64,000 nucleotides of DNA, from NCBI GenBank assembly GCA_028534125.1, contig CM052816.1, positions 2,046,001 to 2,110,000 of the forward strand. Reading direction: 5' to 3'. The number at the start of each line of letters is the position of its first letter. Positions within the stretch are counted from its first letter, which is position 1. The notes beneath the pieces were generated by a model. The model had not been told where the DNA came from. It made no database searches and saw only the letters and a list, made by a program, of their open reading frames with translations. Of the stretch, positions 1 through 13,199 are shown in pieces. Position numbers and translations under genes: made by a program. This stretch comes from Lama glama. Lineage: Eukaryota.

Positions 1-108
1 TGGGGGTGACCCCTCCTTCCCTCAGTTGTATCTGCTCGGAGGGTCAGCTTGGCTTCCTTTGTCAGTCGCCTTCCTGTTTTCTTGGATTGTATTTCCCCCA
101 GTACATTG

Positions 109-860
109 CATTCATTCATGAAGTCATTCATTCATTCAGTCAGTTAATATTTGAGCTTCTCTATTCTGTCCCAGGCCTTACACCCCTCATTAGGTAAATA
201 AAATGGACAGTGTGTTCTTTTATGAAGATATGGTTTAAAGGGGGAAGGGAGGAAAAAGACAGTAACAAAAAATACACAGATATATATGTAGGAATAAAAT
301 TTGCAATGTGTTTAGCGCCCTGCAAGGAAAAACCAGGAGAAACCTGTCAGGTGTCAGGTCCAGCCTCTCTGAGAAAGTAGGCTAGCTAGAGACTGAGGCC
401 TAAAGAGGGTAGAGGTAGAGTCTGGGGAACTGGAGAGGGCTTGGAGGAGGGGTAGTCTGGGCTGGGAAGCCTGCCTGGGCCCAGGCCTGAGGTCAGACTG
501 AGTGTGGCCCATCCGAGAGACTGAAATTGGCCAGTGAGGCTGGAGCTTGGCAAGTAGGAGGAGAACGACAGGAGGGTGGGAGGTGGCCTGGCACCATGTC
601 ATGCCGTAGACTTATTCTGAGTGTGCTGGGAAGCCATTAACAGGTCTTGGGCAGTGAAGGGACATGGTTCCATTGACCTTTGGAGAAGATCACTCTGGCT
701 GTTGCAGTGAGTAAAGAGTGGAGGCAGGGAGGCCAGATGGGAGGCTACTGCAGAAGTCCAAGCGAGAAATGCAAGTGACTTGGGAGTGAGGGGAGAGAGT
801 CACATGGGCTTGAGATGTAGATTCCAGTCTGAAATTATCATCACGTGAGTTGGAAGAGTC
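109..860 (-). mobile_element. LINE-2 (L2) relic, 3' portion
   Basis: Reverse-complement L2 tail (ttcattcattcagtcagttaatatttgagc...ccaggc) followed by an L2-like internal segment (gggaagccatt...gagaagatcactctggctg...gggaggctactgcagaagtccaagcgagaaatg). Boundaries approximate. Confidence 0.7.
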
Positions 861-1074
861 CCTGGAGGCCATTTATTCTGGGCAGGACGATGGTGAGGGT
901 TTGACCAGTGGGGTTCTGCCTAATCGCTGTTTTGAAAAAGGGGAAAAAAATGGAAAATAGAAAGGAGAAGTAGGCCTTTCCATCCATGTCTTTTCTCACT
1001 GAGTAAAGGGGACTCGGGCTCTGTCAACGGGCTGCTTTTGGAGACCTGTGCTCCCGCACTTAGAGGTGGGTACC

Positions 1075-1190
1075 ACAATCGCTCCATTTCACAAAGGAGG
1101 AAGTTAAGACTCCAGCAGGAGGAATACCTTACTGGAGGTGACACAGACAGCTCCAATTGCAAAGCCAGTGTTCCTAACCACCGTGCTCTT
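1075..1190 (-). mobile_element. MIR SINE fragment
   Basis: ctccatttcacaaaggaggaagttaagactc...aaagccagtgttcctaaccac resembles the reverse-complement MIR core. Confidence 0.5.
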
Positions 1191-1697
1191 CTGGCAAGCC
1201 TTTGAAACGTAGCTGTAGGTGATGAGAATACAGGGATGGTGGAGTTTGGGTTTTGGATTATTTTTGTGCACGCGTTCCAACCACCGTACTTTTCGTTCCC
1301 TTGTTTCTTTATCTGTCTCTTAGGTATTGGGGTCCCTTGGGCTTCCCATCCCCAAAGTGCTAGTGTAGCAGAACTCAGACCAGGAGGAAAAGTTTCCTCG
1401 AACCAGTAAGAGAGAGGCTCTGTGGCGGGTGGAGTGGTTTTAGCTGGGACCTTGACAAAGGAGATACAGTTCTTGCTGTTGCTTTCTGCAGATACGAGAG
1501 ACAAGCAGACTGAGCATCAGATTTGGAAGCTGAGTCTCTTCTCAGAGATAGGGTTACAGACAGGAGCGAGACTTCCCAACTTTGGGGAGGAACTCCCTAT
1601 GCAGGCGTGTATTTCTGGGTCCTGGAAATGAAGTTCAGTGTTTGGTTCTCCCCAGCAGCTCTCTAAATTTAGGCTCTATGATTCACCAAGTCTAATG

Positions 1698-1699
<2 letters not shown>

Positions 1700-1735
<36 letters not shown>

Positions 1736-1756
1736 TGTACGTACATACGTGTGTGC
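1700..1756. repeat. (TG)16 microsatellite extended by an alternating purine/pyrimidine tract
   Basis: Directly visible. Confidence 0.95.
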
Positions 1757-2822
1757 TTGTGTAAGAGAAAGGGAGAAAAAAGTATGTATTTTATTTGTGG
1801 CCCAGGGTAATAAATAATGCTCAGATAACTCGCTCATCTCCTTGACCTTGACGATCGAATACATGCTTTTATAGTGTGCCCCTAGGTGTAGACTGGCCAA
1901 TGGACACATTTTTTAAATTTGCAACAAGTCTCAGATGGATAGTTTTCCACTGATCATGGGTAATTTTCTAAAACCCTAATTTTTCACCCTTTAGAAGCAT
2001 CTCAGTTTAAGAAAAAACTGGCAACCTTAAGGTCACAGCTGGGTGGGATTTTGATAGTGGATGCCTTCCGTTTGCCCGTGTCTGTCCTTTCTCGGACCTA
2101 ATAAACAGCGTCCACTGTGAGGGCTCTGCTAACCTTTGGATCAACTGTCCATGATGCTCCCAGAAAACGTAAATAAACAGTGGCCGGCGCAGGGCACAAA
2201 AGCCAGAGGACCTGCGGACCTCCACTTTTATCTTGCTTCTTTGCCTTAATTATTACGCCGCACTTTTATTCTCACAAAGATGGTTCGAAAGCAAACAAAG
2301 TTTCAGGATTTGGGGAAGGCTGTGGTGGAAGGAAACGTTTCCCATAAAAGAGAAAGGAGAAGAAAAAGGAATCCATTTAATGCAAGATGACTGGAGGGGG
2401 AGAAATCACTCATACCTCATTATTGACGCGTTCCACACAATTAGTGTGATCTTGAGGGAAGAGCGTGTGAGCCACCCACAACCCGGAATATTCTCATTGG
2501 GTAGATGTAATAACAGTGCATCTCCCAGTGAACCCTTCCAATGCCGCGGGCAGTGATGGGGAGACCCCATCTTCGGGCTGCCAGTGCTGGCTCCGTGAGA
2601 GACCCTCTCCCTCCCTCCTTTGTGCAGGGAGAGGTTAAGCCTGGCCATTAACCCATAGGTGACCCAAATAGAATTTTCTGTCCCAGGGATCCGTTGATTG
2701 CCAGGTATGGCTTTGTGGTAATTCTAGCGTTCGCAACCCAGCAATTTGAACCTTCTGTCTGCCTAAATGACGATTTTACATTGTAATGGTTGTACTAAAT
2801 CCTCTTGCTTTTTGCTCCATAG

Positions 2823-2891
2823 CCGCTGTTGTGACAAGAAAAGCTGTGGCAACCGAAATGAGACTCCCTCAGATCCAGTGATAATTGACAG
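2823..2891 (+). CDS. EBF1: Internal coding exon (69 nt, phase 2-2) of a COE/EBF transcription factor, zinc-knuckle region of the DNA-binding domain; probably EBF1 exon 6
   Basis: Translates as C|CGC TGT TGT GAC AAG AAA AGC TGT GGC AAC CGA AAT GAG ACT CCC TCA GAT CCA GTG ATA ATT GAC|AG = (S)[22 protein letters not shown](R), the COE signature. Flanked by branch-like TACTAAA (2793-2799), a pyrimidine tract with TAG acceptor, and a CAG|GTAGGG donor. CCDKK argues against EBF2 (CCEKK). EBF1 is preferred over EBF3 from my recollection of the codon usage and from the long flanking introns; the paralogue call is less certain than the family call. Confidence 0.92.
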
Positions 2892-5800
2892 GTAGGGATG
2901 GTTCTACTTTCACTGGGTCCTTATTCCTCATTATAATGAAACACCTGCCTTGTGTGGCTCGTGGGTGAGGGTTAGGAAGGCATGTGGCCGAAATTTGCCT
3001 GTTGGTCATGACTTCAGCTGCGCTGAGCTCTTGTGATTCCTGGGAAAGCCATATGGAATGTACTTTGGAGGCCTGTTTTCTTGGATTGCTCCAGTTTTGT
3101 GTCTGATTCATGCTCCTAAAGGAATATTTTCTTTCTTGACTTTCTGTGGCTCAATCTTCGCGCTGTGCCAGGAAGCTTCAGAAATAAAATAATAATAATT
3201 TGTGATTTATGAAATGTGGTTGGATACTTATAAATATTTAAGTTTTATTTGAAAAATGTTTGAATCATTATCACTTTTAGCTACAGTAGTTCTGTTGGAC
3301 GTAATCCATCTACATTTTAAGGTTTTATTTATGCATAAAAGCAGCTTTAAAGAGATCTGTGAACCAAGATTTTCTACAGTTATTTCCCGGGTTTGATTGT
3401 AGTTCATAGTGCATTGTAAGTTGATTAATTTATTCTGCTTGTCTTAATTATTGTGTTTTTAAACAGATCCATATTACTAATCTGACATGACCAATAAATC
3501 ACTGTAGAACAGTAAATCTGTTTTAGTTGTTGGGCGCAATTTCGAGTCAGTGTGTGCACATATTATGCAAAGTTGCATTCCAAATATTCGTTTTACATTT
3601 TAATTATTGAAATTCATTGTATGGAAACATGTATGATAAAGCATTTGTTACATAGCATTACTTATTGAGAGTTAAATGGCCTGGAAGGTTTATAGATACT
3701 GTCAGTTGTCAGCTAAGAAAGGAGCTAGCATCCTCTACCAGCTGGAAGAGTCTTGCAAGTAAGACTGACTGATCCCTTATTGAGAAAATCAGCGTCTGAA
3801 CAAAAGTCCCCTTTGAGTCTGGTAATACTGATTTTTGAGCTACCCACCACCCTTCTGCCCCATCTTTCCAGTTCTTTACCTTTTGGGAGCTTGTGCTGCC
3901 ATTTTTCAGTTAACTGAAAAAGCGTTTGCTTCATTGTATTTTATGTCGAAACATTGCTTGTTGAATTTGACTTTTGGGATTCTTAAGGCTTAAACACAAT
4001 TTTGATTGCCGAGTAGCTTTTTAAAGTTAACATGTCAATCAGATATTTTAACTAAGTATCTTTCACTAATATTCACTGAAAACATATACCATTGCTTGGT
4101 AAATGAGGATGAATAATTTTGATGCAGAGTTAACATCAGCAGTTCAGTGTAGTGAAGTTGTGTGCCGCCCATGGAGTTAGAATAGGATGTTCTTCTACAA
4201 AAGCAGACATGCGATTCACGTAATTTCTTCTTCTGCAATGGCAGATAAATCCTCAAATGAATAAGGTAGTAAATAAATACAAGCTTTGTGTTACTTGTTT
4301 CATTTAAACAGCTCTTCAAAATACCATTTGTTAAGCAAGTTTTTCTTACCCTTCTGTTAGAACGTGTTCTGATCAAGGACCAGTCCAAATAGTCCTCGAA
4401 ACTTTGAAACTATCAGCATTTGGTTCTGCCACACAGTTTCTTTTGGTTTAGATGATGACAAGAACCTTACTTTGCCACCCGCAATGAAAACACTTTTTTT
4501 TTTTTTTGCTTTTGAATGGGTTAAGCTTTTAAGTTCTTCGTTTGGTTTTAAGCCGTGACTCTGATATAGGAGGTTGATATGACTGTGGTTTGAATAACAT
4601 TTGATTTTGACCTGTTCCTGTGGGTTGCGATGGCATAAGAAACTTGACTCAGCAGCGCTGTAATTAGCCCGGCCCGTGTTTTTGAAACAGGATTGTGTTA
4701 CCTGGATTGCATTAGGGCAGCTTCTATTGTTGCCGCCTTGCATCTGTCCCAGTAGGGTACTTAAAACCTTTTCTTGGCTGGGGAGTTCAAACAATTTAGG
4801 CAAAATAAGTATGCACTTTATACTGTTGGTGGCTTTAGAGATATTACTCATGACATTTATCCTTTTCATTGTTTTTTTTTTTTCCTTTTTGGTTTGACAA
4901 AGTAGAAAACAGTGTTAGCCAATCTTGGTCTCTTAAGAGAGGAGCACTTGAAAAAAACGGTTGAAACCCAGAGTATCTGCACGAGTCCCAGCATATGTTA
5001 ATTTGCTGGCTGCTGCCACCGTCTCCCATGAACTGTCTTTTCAAGCAGTGATGCCAGCTGATATGCAAACCCCCATTCAGCTATTTTCATTTGCATCGGA
5101 GTCTTCAGAATTTATTTGTCCTTCAGTCTGCCAAAGGTTTTAAAAAGCTCCAGTCCTGTCTATGCTGATATGTGAAACTTCCATTTTTAACAATGAGGGG
5201 AGAGAGAAACAACAGGAAAAGAACTTACACAAGGAAAGGCAAAACAGAAAAGGTTTTTCAATTCCATAGAATTACTGCAAAGGAAAAAAAAATGATGGCA
5301 AACGTGTTTGAATTTCATAGTTTCCAATTTGATCTTATATTACCGATTGCATAATATGTGCGTTACGTGCTTGGGATTTGATTTGCTTTCAGATTTATGA
5401 TTGTGAATCCCTGCATATTTTGCAGAAATAGGTTATGGGACCTGCATTCAGTAGCAATAGTAACTGTTTTTACAAGACGCATACAATATGCAATTATAGA
5501 GCTGAGGGGGCAGGCAATCCTTGTGTTTGGATTTAGCATAATTTGAACACGCAGTCACCCTTTGGGCACCAATAATTTTTACCTCCCTTTGCTTGTCCTT
5601 CGGATTTTGGAAGAACACTGCTATTTTTATCAGTCAAGAGACTTTTAGCAGTGGTTATTCAGGAAAACTATTTATAGGATTGATAGAAGAGGCTTTCTGG
5701 TCATACGGCAGTGGTGCAGGGTAAGCTATTTCTGTGCTAAATTTTGGCTGCATTATTGCTGCCAGTGGTGTGGGGACATCAGCTTGGCCTACTCTACGAA

Positions 5801-5908
5801 AAATGTGAAATGAACAAAATCAGAAGTTCAATACTGTGATTTAGAAATGGATTTCCACTTCATTCTTTTATCATATCATACAACAAAGTAAGACACATAT
5901 GACCCAAA

Positions 5909-5911
<3 letters not shown>

Positions 5912-5943
<32 letters not shown>
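5912..5943. repeat. Poly(T)32 tract
   Basis: Directly visible; no adjacent retroelement body recognised. Confidence 0.95.
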
Positions 5944-5947
<4 letters not shown>

Positions 5948-8900
5948 TTGTGACAATTTGTCAAGTCTCTTGGAAAAAGTTTGGAGGAGGATTTCTGTAA
6001 GTGTTCGAAATGTGCATCTGGGGTTGACCGCCAGGTCATATTTCTGCCTGATGCCAAATGGCTTGATTGAGAATTATATAAACTAGGCTTGCCCACTGAT
6101 CTGGATATTTGAGCTGTGCAAACATGGGAAAAGTCAAATATGTTATGTTTAATAGCTGATGACCAGGAACTAATAACAGCAGATTTCATTATCGTTGAGG
6201 TAAAGGGCTATGTGTGGTAATTATTGTTAAAGCGAAAAAGCAAAAAATGACTTGCAGTTATTGGATTAAGGTGGAGATTGATTTAACATATTCACATAGT
6301 AACTCATATTTGAATTTAAAAGGTTTGCAATAAAATTCGTGTTTAGAAATTGAATAAATTGTAGTTTTATTACCACATTGGATATCCTTGTGTCCTAACC
6401 TTTTTCCTTGGAGTTATCTTAGTTCAATAAATAAAACCTCATTAGACTATTCCCATTTCAACGAGTTTATTAAATTTTGCAGGAGTAATTAGCATAAGCT
6501 GTGCTAATTTTTCTGGAAGACTAATGAGGGAGGTTCTTAATTAGGTTTACTTTATAAGAATCAGAAAAGATGATAATGACAAAAGTCACATAGGGTAGTC
6601 TGAATTGGGAACCCAGTTTTTCTGAATCTGTAAAAAAAAAAAAATTCCATTTTCTAGGTGGAAATTTCTTTATTAATGCTTGAACTGAATATGTGAAGTG
6701 TGTAGACTGTTACTCCTTATCTAGTTAGTTAGGATCACCATCCATTTCTAGATTTGCTTCAAGAAACTCTTTATTTTCCAACCTTGGACTCACTAAACTG
6801 CCTTTGAGCAATGACACAGATGAATACAGACGGTCTTACAAAAACATTTCTTCCTCCATATTATGCTGTAGGATTCCTTTTGCATAGAATCCTCAAGTTT
6901 CCGGCCAAATCTGTGTCACTTATGTCCAGTGGGGCAGGAGAGGGGACGGCTCGGCATTTGTTTGTTTGGCTTTTCAATTTGAGATCAGTGTAACTGATGA
7001 GAGTGTTGGGCCACTAAATAAAGGGAGAAAATGAGAGGCCAATTCTTTATTTCCTTTTACTGTCAATCCTGAGAAGTTGACAAGTGGGTTTTTTTTCTTT
7101 TAATAGATAGAAATAATAAAGGATGTAACTCCTCCTCGAATTACGTTCTCCGGTCTCGTGCGAATCCGGACATAGTCCTTTTGGGATATGTTGTGGCTTG
7201 AGTAACCAGCAAGTTTTGAGTTCCTCACCGCCAATATTAAAAACATAGATTTTAAAATCCCACCAATTAATAAAACTCTAAAGACTTTAAGTTTACTTAT
7301 TGCAGCTTTAACAGATCTTTCTTTTGCATTTGTAAGAATCTCTGTACCTGTGTTTGAGACGTAGCCCTGACACGCAAAATTAAAAAAAAAACAAAAACAC
7401 AAGAATTCTGAAGCATGAAAGACCTAGCCCGTTTGGAACTAGTTCTTCAGGCTACATTCACCCAAGGGTCTCCTAAAATAAAATAAAATTAAAAAAGCCC
7501 CCTTTTTTTTTTACCCCCCTAGAATTTTCTAAAGATCTTCCATACCTAGATCCCTTTAACTTAGGTGACACTGATTGGGTTTTCTTTATGATTGTCGTCT
7601 GAAATGGAATGTTCAGGAGTGAGAACATGAGAATGGCCATTTTACCTGTTGATTTACATCACACTTGTTCAGAGAAACAATTTTGTTTAAGATCCATTCT
7701 TCTTCTAAGAGGTATAAGTGCTGTGATAGGTTTTCATAAAAGTGCAGTGTTGTCTTATCACCAAGCTAATTTCTTGATTAAATTGATCCAGATATATTTA
7801 TATAACATATATGTCATCTGTATAATAGGAAAACTTCAGAATTAGGGTATAATTTAGTTTAGTTTTTTTTTTTTAACCGTGGAGCAGGATGGGATCTATT
7901 CTAAGTTTTAAGATTGTGAACTTATCAGGGCCCCTCAGCAGTAAATGATTTTCCTCTATCTTTTATCATCAGACATCCATCCCAAAATTCACGACATTTT
8001 TTTCTTTATTTTCTGTAAAAAGAAAGTCCTCAACTAACACGAACATAAATGTACACTTTTATTAAAGTTGCAAATGAGGCTTTTAGAGTTTCATGGCTTC
8101 ATTTCATCGACCTTTCAACTTACTATTTTGGGGCTTCATCCAGTTTTTAGAAGAACCATGAAACATCACTCTGTAGGGGACACATATGGCTATCCGAGGC
8201 TCAAAGAACCAGACGTAAAAATAACATTTCTCAGAATTCTGATAAGCCTTTTTTATATCACTTGATTTCCTAACTCTGATCTCTGTTAAAACAAAAGGAG
8301 GAGGAACCCACCCTTTAAAATTGCCCTTGGCAGGATAATTGCTGTCCCCTTGGTTGGTCTGAGAGCTTTGCATTTTTCCCAAAGTGAGAAGCCAGCGCTG
8401 ACACTGAGCATGAATTTATGGTTGTTTATTAACCCTTCCTGTATTTAAACATTTGTTTTCTCAGTGGGAATTCACGTGTGATTATTAGCGATGAGACTTA
8501 TGTGAGAGTCGATCATTCTAAATTTTATCACATATCAGATAATACCATTCTGAATATGAGATGAGCCGGTACATTTGTGTGCAGTTTGCTACCGTGATAA
8601 GAAAATAATGAATACAATCCGCTAATAGCAGTCTGTATTCCATTTACTATCAGCTATTCCCAAATACACAACCAGGATACATTCAAATGGATTTTGAATA
8701 TGCTGACAATATATCATAATGCAAAGTACTTTTACATGATATAATACTACTGCAGACACTGTATAATGAACAACAGTGGTTTTCCTGTAAAGGAAATAAT
8801 GGCAGCCACTTCCAAGAAGTGCATTTAATGGAGCTTCAGAGAATCAGCAGTGCATGTGTGTAACTGGCCCGGGTGTCAGCCCATGTGGGTTTTTATCCCG

Positions 8901-11235
8901 TGTCATCATAACTTTGCTTTTGTAACAGTTCAGGAAACATACAGAAAAGCAGTACAAAGTCCCTTGTGTGTCATCTAACAACTTTGCACAGTCAGTTCGT
9001 GATGAGAATCTATCACTATATTAAATTTGCTTTTACTTTTCTAAAAGAAATTGCTTAGAATGGAAAAAAAAAAAAAACACCAAATCCTCCCCAAGTGCAG
9101 CTCTCCATTGATAAATCCCCCTCGTTTTTCCCTACTGCCTGCACCTGACAAAATCTTTAATAAAAATTGACCAAATTTTAAAGACTCCATTTAGAAGCTC
9201 TTGCATATAAAGAAATGGCATTTTGGTCATTTTAACTTACATCAGGTATTATCTGAAATAGACTATTAATTTTTTCCTTCCCCTGCCACCGTCCCGTCCC
9301 TCCTTTTACAAACTGTGTAACTGTATACCATCCTGGACAATATAAAAGTGACCTAAATACTCCAATTGCAACCAGTGAAATATGGTGAACAGTACAGGTT
9401 TGTCTTTGGTCGCTCGCTGCCTTGAAACGTGTGGGTAGATGGAGATTAATCTCCCTAGCCAACTCTTCCTCCGGTTACGAGCCTTTGTCCAGGAGCAAAT
9501 GAAGGTTTTAACGTTACCGTACTTATTGTAATAGAATTTTAATTGCCTTAACTCTGCTCATGTGTGAAGCTGAGTGTGTATCTGTGTTTGTGTATGTGTG
9601 TGTGTGTGCGCATATTTTTCATGAGGAGGGGAATCAAGCCAAAAAGAAAAAAAAAACCCTGCATATTTTTCATGGAGGGGCAGGGGGTCACATATGGTAA
9701 ATGATGCAAACTTAATTAAACTGGTTCTGGGGAAGAGAATGCCATTGGCATTTCATCCGTGGAATGTATACTCCGCTTTCAGTGGGAACAGAGTGGTCTT
9801 CAGTGTGCTTGCGGGATTTTGATTTTTGAAGGCAAAGCGCTTGGTTCCAGTTCCAAACTTGCCTCCAAACCCTACTTGGAAAGACTTAGCTAGACAAGCT
9901 GGCAAATTGTATAGCTCGATCCCACACAATGACCTCCAAAGTGGCACTCGGTGACTGTACCATCCTGCTAACTGTGGGAGGCACAATAGTTTTGTAACAG
10001 AATATAAAGTAATAGTGTTAGCCAACACATCTTTAATAAGATATTGTTCGTGCCTTTGCCGTGTGCCACAGAGCAGGCTCTCACTCGGTGGGCCTTTTGA
10101 TTCCTCTCAATAAGATTATTTCAAATACTCTAATCCTGAATCATTGACATGAATACAAAAGCCGAGTGACATCTAATAGATGCCTCTTAGCTTTGCTTTT
10201 CCTCTTGTTCCTTTCCTTTTTCTTCTCTTTTTACCTGACAAAAAGCTTATAGACACTTGGGCTCTGTCTCTCAGTAGCAGCATGGGGGGCTCCTCATGAA
10301 ATATAAAGGAGGAAAAAGGACTGACAGAGGCCCGATAAGCTACAGAGTGAAGGGCCGTAGATTAAAAGTAAATGCCAGTAAATCCTGCCCTGTACACTTA
10401 CTTGTTCTTTTATTGTTTTCCTTAACGCTTTCAGTGCCGAGAGAGTGGGGAAAAAGAGAAAATAGTCATCCGATTGCTCGTGTGCATTTATTAGTATGGA
10501 CATGGCCACCAGGCATAGCGTATAGGGTTTGGGCAAGAGTCTCAAATTTTGGCTCATGTCAAGATTATAGTGGTTTAAAAAAAATGCCCCTTTGATCCAT
10601 ATCAAGAATCCCGCAAGAACTTTTTTTGCTTATTTGCTGCTTGATTGACCAGATATTGATAGTTTGTATATGGGGAGATGAAAGAGGAGGTCCTAAGAGT
10701 CCTTCTGTAGGGTATGAATGCTCATGACGTGGCATTTCAAGGCTGAAATAACTTTTTTCTTTTTCAATCAACGAACTGGAAGTTATTGAAGTGAAATATT
10801 AGGTTATTTTGTTCCATGACGCTACTGCCTTTTCAGGTAGCCTCGCTCCCTGTTAGGGCCCCGAGTGTTGCCCGTGCTGGATGGCGCCTTCTCTCCAGGC
10901 CGATGGTGAGGCCATGGAGGTGGGAGTGAAGCTGGACAGCTTTTCTGATGGTCAGAGGTTGTTCACCCTCCGCCTTTCCAGAGCCACCGTGATTTGACTA
11001 AAGCTCTTTTTTTTTTTTAAAACTTTATCTGAAGATCAATCATGCTACTCGCCATTTACTTATTATTGTTCAGTAGAATGGTGACTTCCCCCTATTTTTA
11101 ATATGCCTCCCATTCACTAGTATTCTCATCTGTTAGTAATGTCCTTAAATGTCATTTTTAATAGTCTTGGATGCCCTATTGGAAAAGTTAGTTTGAAGAA
11201 CCCTGGACTTTTGTCAGGTTTTGTGACTCTCACAT

Positions 11236-11237
<2 letters not shown>

Positions 11238-11272
<35 letters not shown>

Positions 11273-11283
11273 TACACACACAC
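11238..11283. repeat. (CA)n microsatellite, one interruption
   Basis: Directly visible. Confidence 0.95.
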
Positions 11284-11734
11284 TCGTTACAAAGACAGGA
11301 ACAAAGATGAGAAATGAGAAATCTCTTCCTTATTAGAAAGTTCTTTAGAAAAGAAAGTTGGCTAAGCGTTAGCCTGGGTAACTTTGAAGCTACTGCAATG
11401 TCGAAAACCCATGTTTCTCTTCATGGTCTTGGTGTTTTCTCAAAGCCAGATTCTGGTCTCAGATGTACGGAGTACATCTCAGAATAACTTTCAGAAAATC
11501 GAGTCCTTCTTTCTGTGGCTGTAGGAGTGGGAGTGTCTTATTCTGGCCGTCCATATGTGTTCTTGAAGACTAGCATCTGAATCCTGGCCCAGGAGCACCT
11601 TAAAACAAACAAAATCCCTGACCATTAAGAGTTTAATTGTAACTTACCTCTGAATGGTACTTGCAAAGTTTTTGAAGACCTTTAAGGTGTAGTATTTCAA
11701 AGAATTCTTTTCACACAAATGCCAAAGCATGAAT

Positions 11735-11835
11735 TAACTCCATTTTACAGATCTGTAAACTGAGGCACACAGCTGCAGGAACTTTATTAGTGACAAAGCA
11801 AGTGATTAGAAACTCCATGTCCTAGTTCTCAGCCT
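11735..11835 (-). mobile_element. MIR SINE fragment
   Basis: ccattttacagatctgtaaactgaggcaca matches the reverse-complement MIR core. Confidence 0.7.
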
Positions 11836-12169
11836 GATTTTTTCCATTCTCAATTGCCCAGTTGAAAGAAAAAAAATACTGTTTTCAGTATTTCATGCAG
11901 TCTCATTAATTTTTCTTGGTATCCATGATTCATCCTTTCCACGAATTAATCTAAACCCTTTTACCTAAACAGATTTCTTAGTAGATCTGGCACTTAACTT
12001 TTGGGATTAAAAAACTAATTAAAAACATAATATAAATTGTTGTCCCCATTGCTAGAACAATATTGAAGTTCTTGTGTCCTCGTTTAATTTGATGAGTAAA
12101 CAACTGTGTGTTTCGTTGGGGGAAAAAAACAGGCACTAAGCCAGAGAGAAGTCTGGGAGAAGGCAGAAG

Positions 12170-12360
12170 ATGATGGAAAAGACCTTGGTTTTGGAGTCCA
12201 TGGGAGGAGAATCCAGTCCTTCCACCACTCCACCTAATACCTGAGCCTCAGGGGGTTCAACTTTTTCATCTTTGAAATGGGAAAAGTCATCTCAATTTTA
12301 AAGAGATGTGTGGGTTAAAACACCTAGCACAGGGTTTGGCACATATTAGGTGCTTGAAAT
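12170..12360 (+). mobile_element. MIR SINE (degenerate)
   Basis: ttttggagtc...gaatccagt...tttttcatctttgaaatggg...cacctagcacagggtttggcacatattaggtgct. Confidence 0.6.
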
Positions 12361-12517
12361 CAGGCAGCTTTTGTAATCTGAATATAATCTATTCCATATG
12401 GATTATTGATTTCAGTGTGATGATTGCCATGGAACTGTCCAATAAGCAGAGTTACCTTACTGAAGTTTATTACGGTGGCTAAGTCCCCTTGGTAAGGATT
12501 CACTTCATAGATTTTCT

Positions 12518-12615
12518 TTCCACAAATATTTATTGAGTGTCTACTATATGCTGCACACTGTTTCCAGGCTTGGAGACATAACCATGAATAACACGGAGCT
12601 TTCAGTGTCTCAGAG
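12518..12615 (-). mobile_element. L2 3' end
   Basis: cacaaatatttattgagtgtctactatatgc...cactgtttccaggcttggagacata is the reverse-complement L2 tail. Confidence 0.7.
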
Positions 12616-12829
12616 TTGAAAAAAAAAAACTGAAATAGTAAGTGTGAAAAAGAACACACTGATTTTTTTTTTTTTTAAAGTAGAAGAATGTTATTTCAGA
12701 TAGATAGAGATCAGGATGCAGAGGGAAAAATCTCCCTGGGTTGAAGTTGCCTGTTAGCTCTTGCTCCGTGGTACTGAATTTGGGCAAACTCCGTGGTTTT
12801 ATTGCACTCCTCTGAGACAGGCTACACAT

Positions 12830-13075
12830 CGGTTAAGACCACAGGCTGTGGAGTGAGACCGCCTGGGATCAAATCCGAGCTCTGCCGGTGTTAACTCTGG
12901 GGCTGTGGGCAGATCATCTAACTTCTGTAAGCCCCAGTTTCTTCATCTGTAAGACCTGGGTGAGACCAGGAGCTCCTACTTGATAGGCTGTGGTCAGAAA
13001 TAAGTAGATAATGCATGGAGAGCACTTAGCACAATGCTCGGCACATGAATCATATTCAGCAGAAGGTGGCTGTTG
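12830..13075 (+). mobile_element. MIR SINE, near full length
   Basis: ggttaagacc...gcctgggatcaaatccgagctctgcc...cagtttcttcatctgtaa...gcacttagcacaatgctcggcacat is collinear with the MIR consensus. Confidence 0.85.
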
Positions 13076-13199
13076 TTTTTAAAATAAGGGCTGGAATGAA
13101 AAGATCTCTGAGACGCTTTCCAGCTATGAAAGTCTAATTTTAGTTCCTTTTGGTGCTGCTGAGGCAAATAAACTCTTTAGGAGGTAGTCTGGACGCCCC

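Noticed and set aside
920..1504. 194-aa minus-strand ORF (likewise 4357-4869, 33674-34129 and 56543-57073)
   Set aside because: No recognisable domain; some overlap MIR/L2 relics; lengths compatible with chance in 64 kb.
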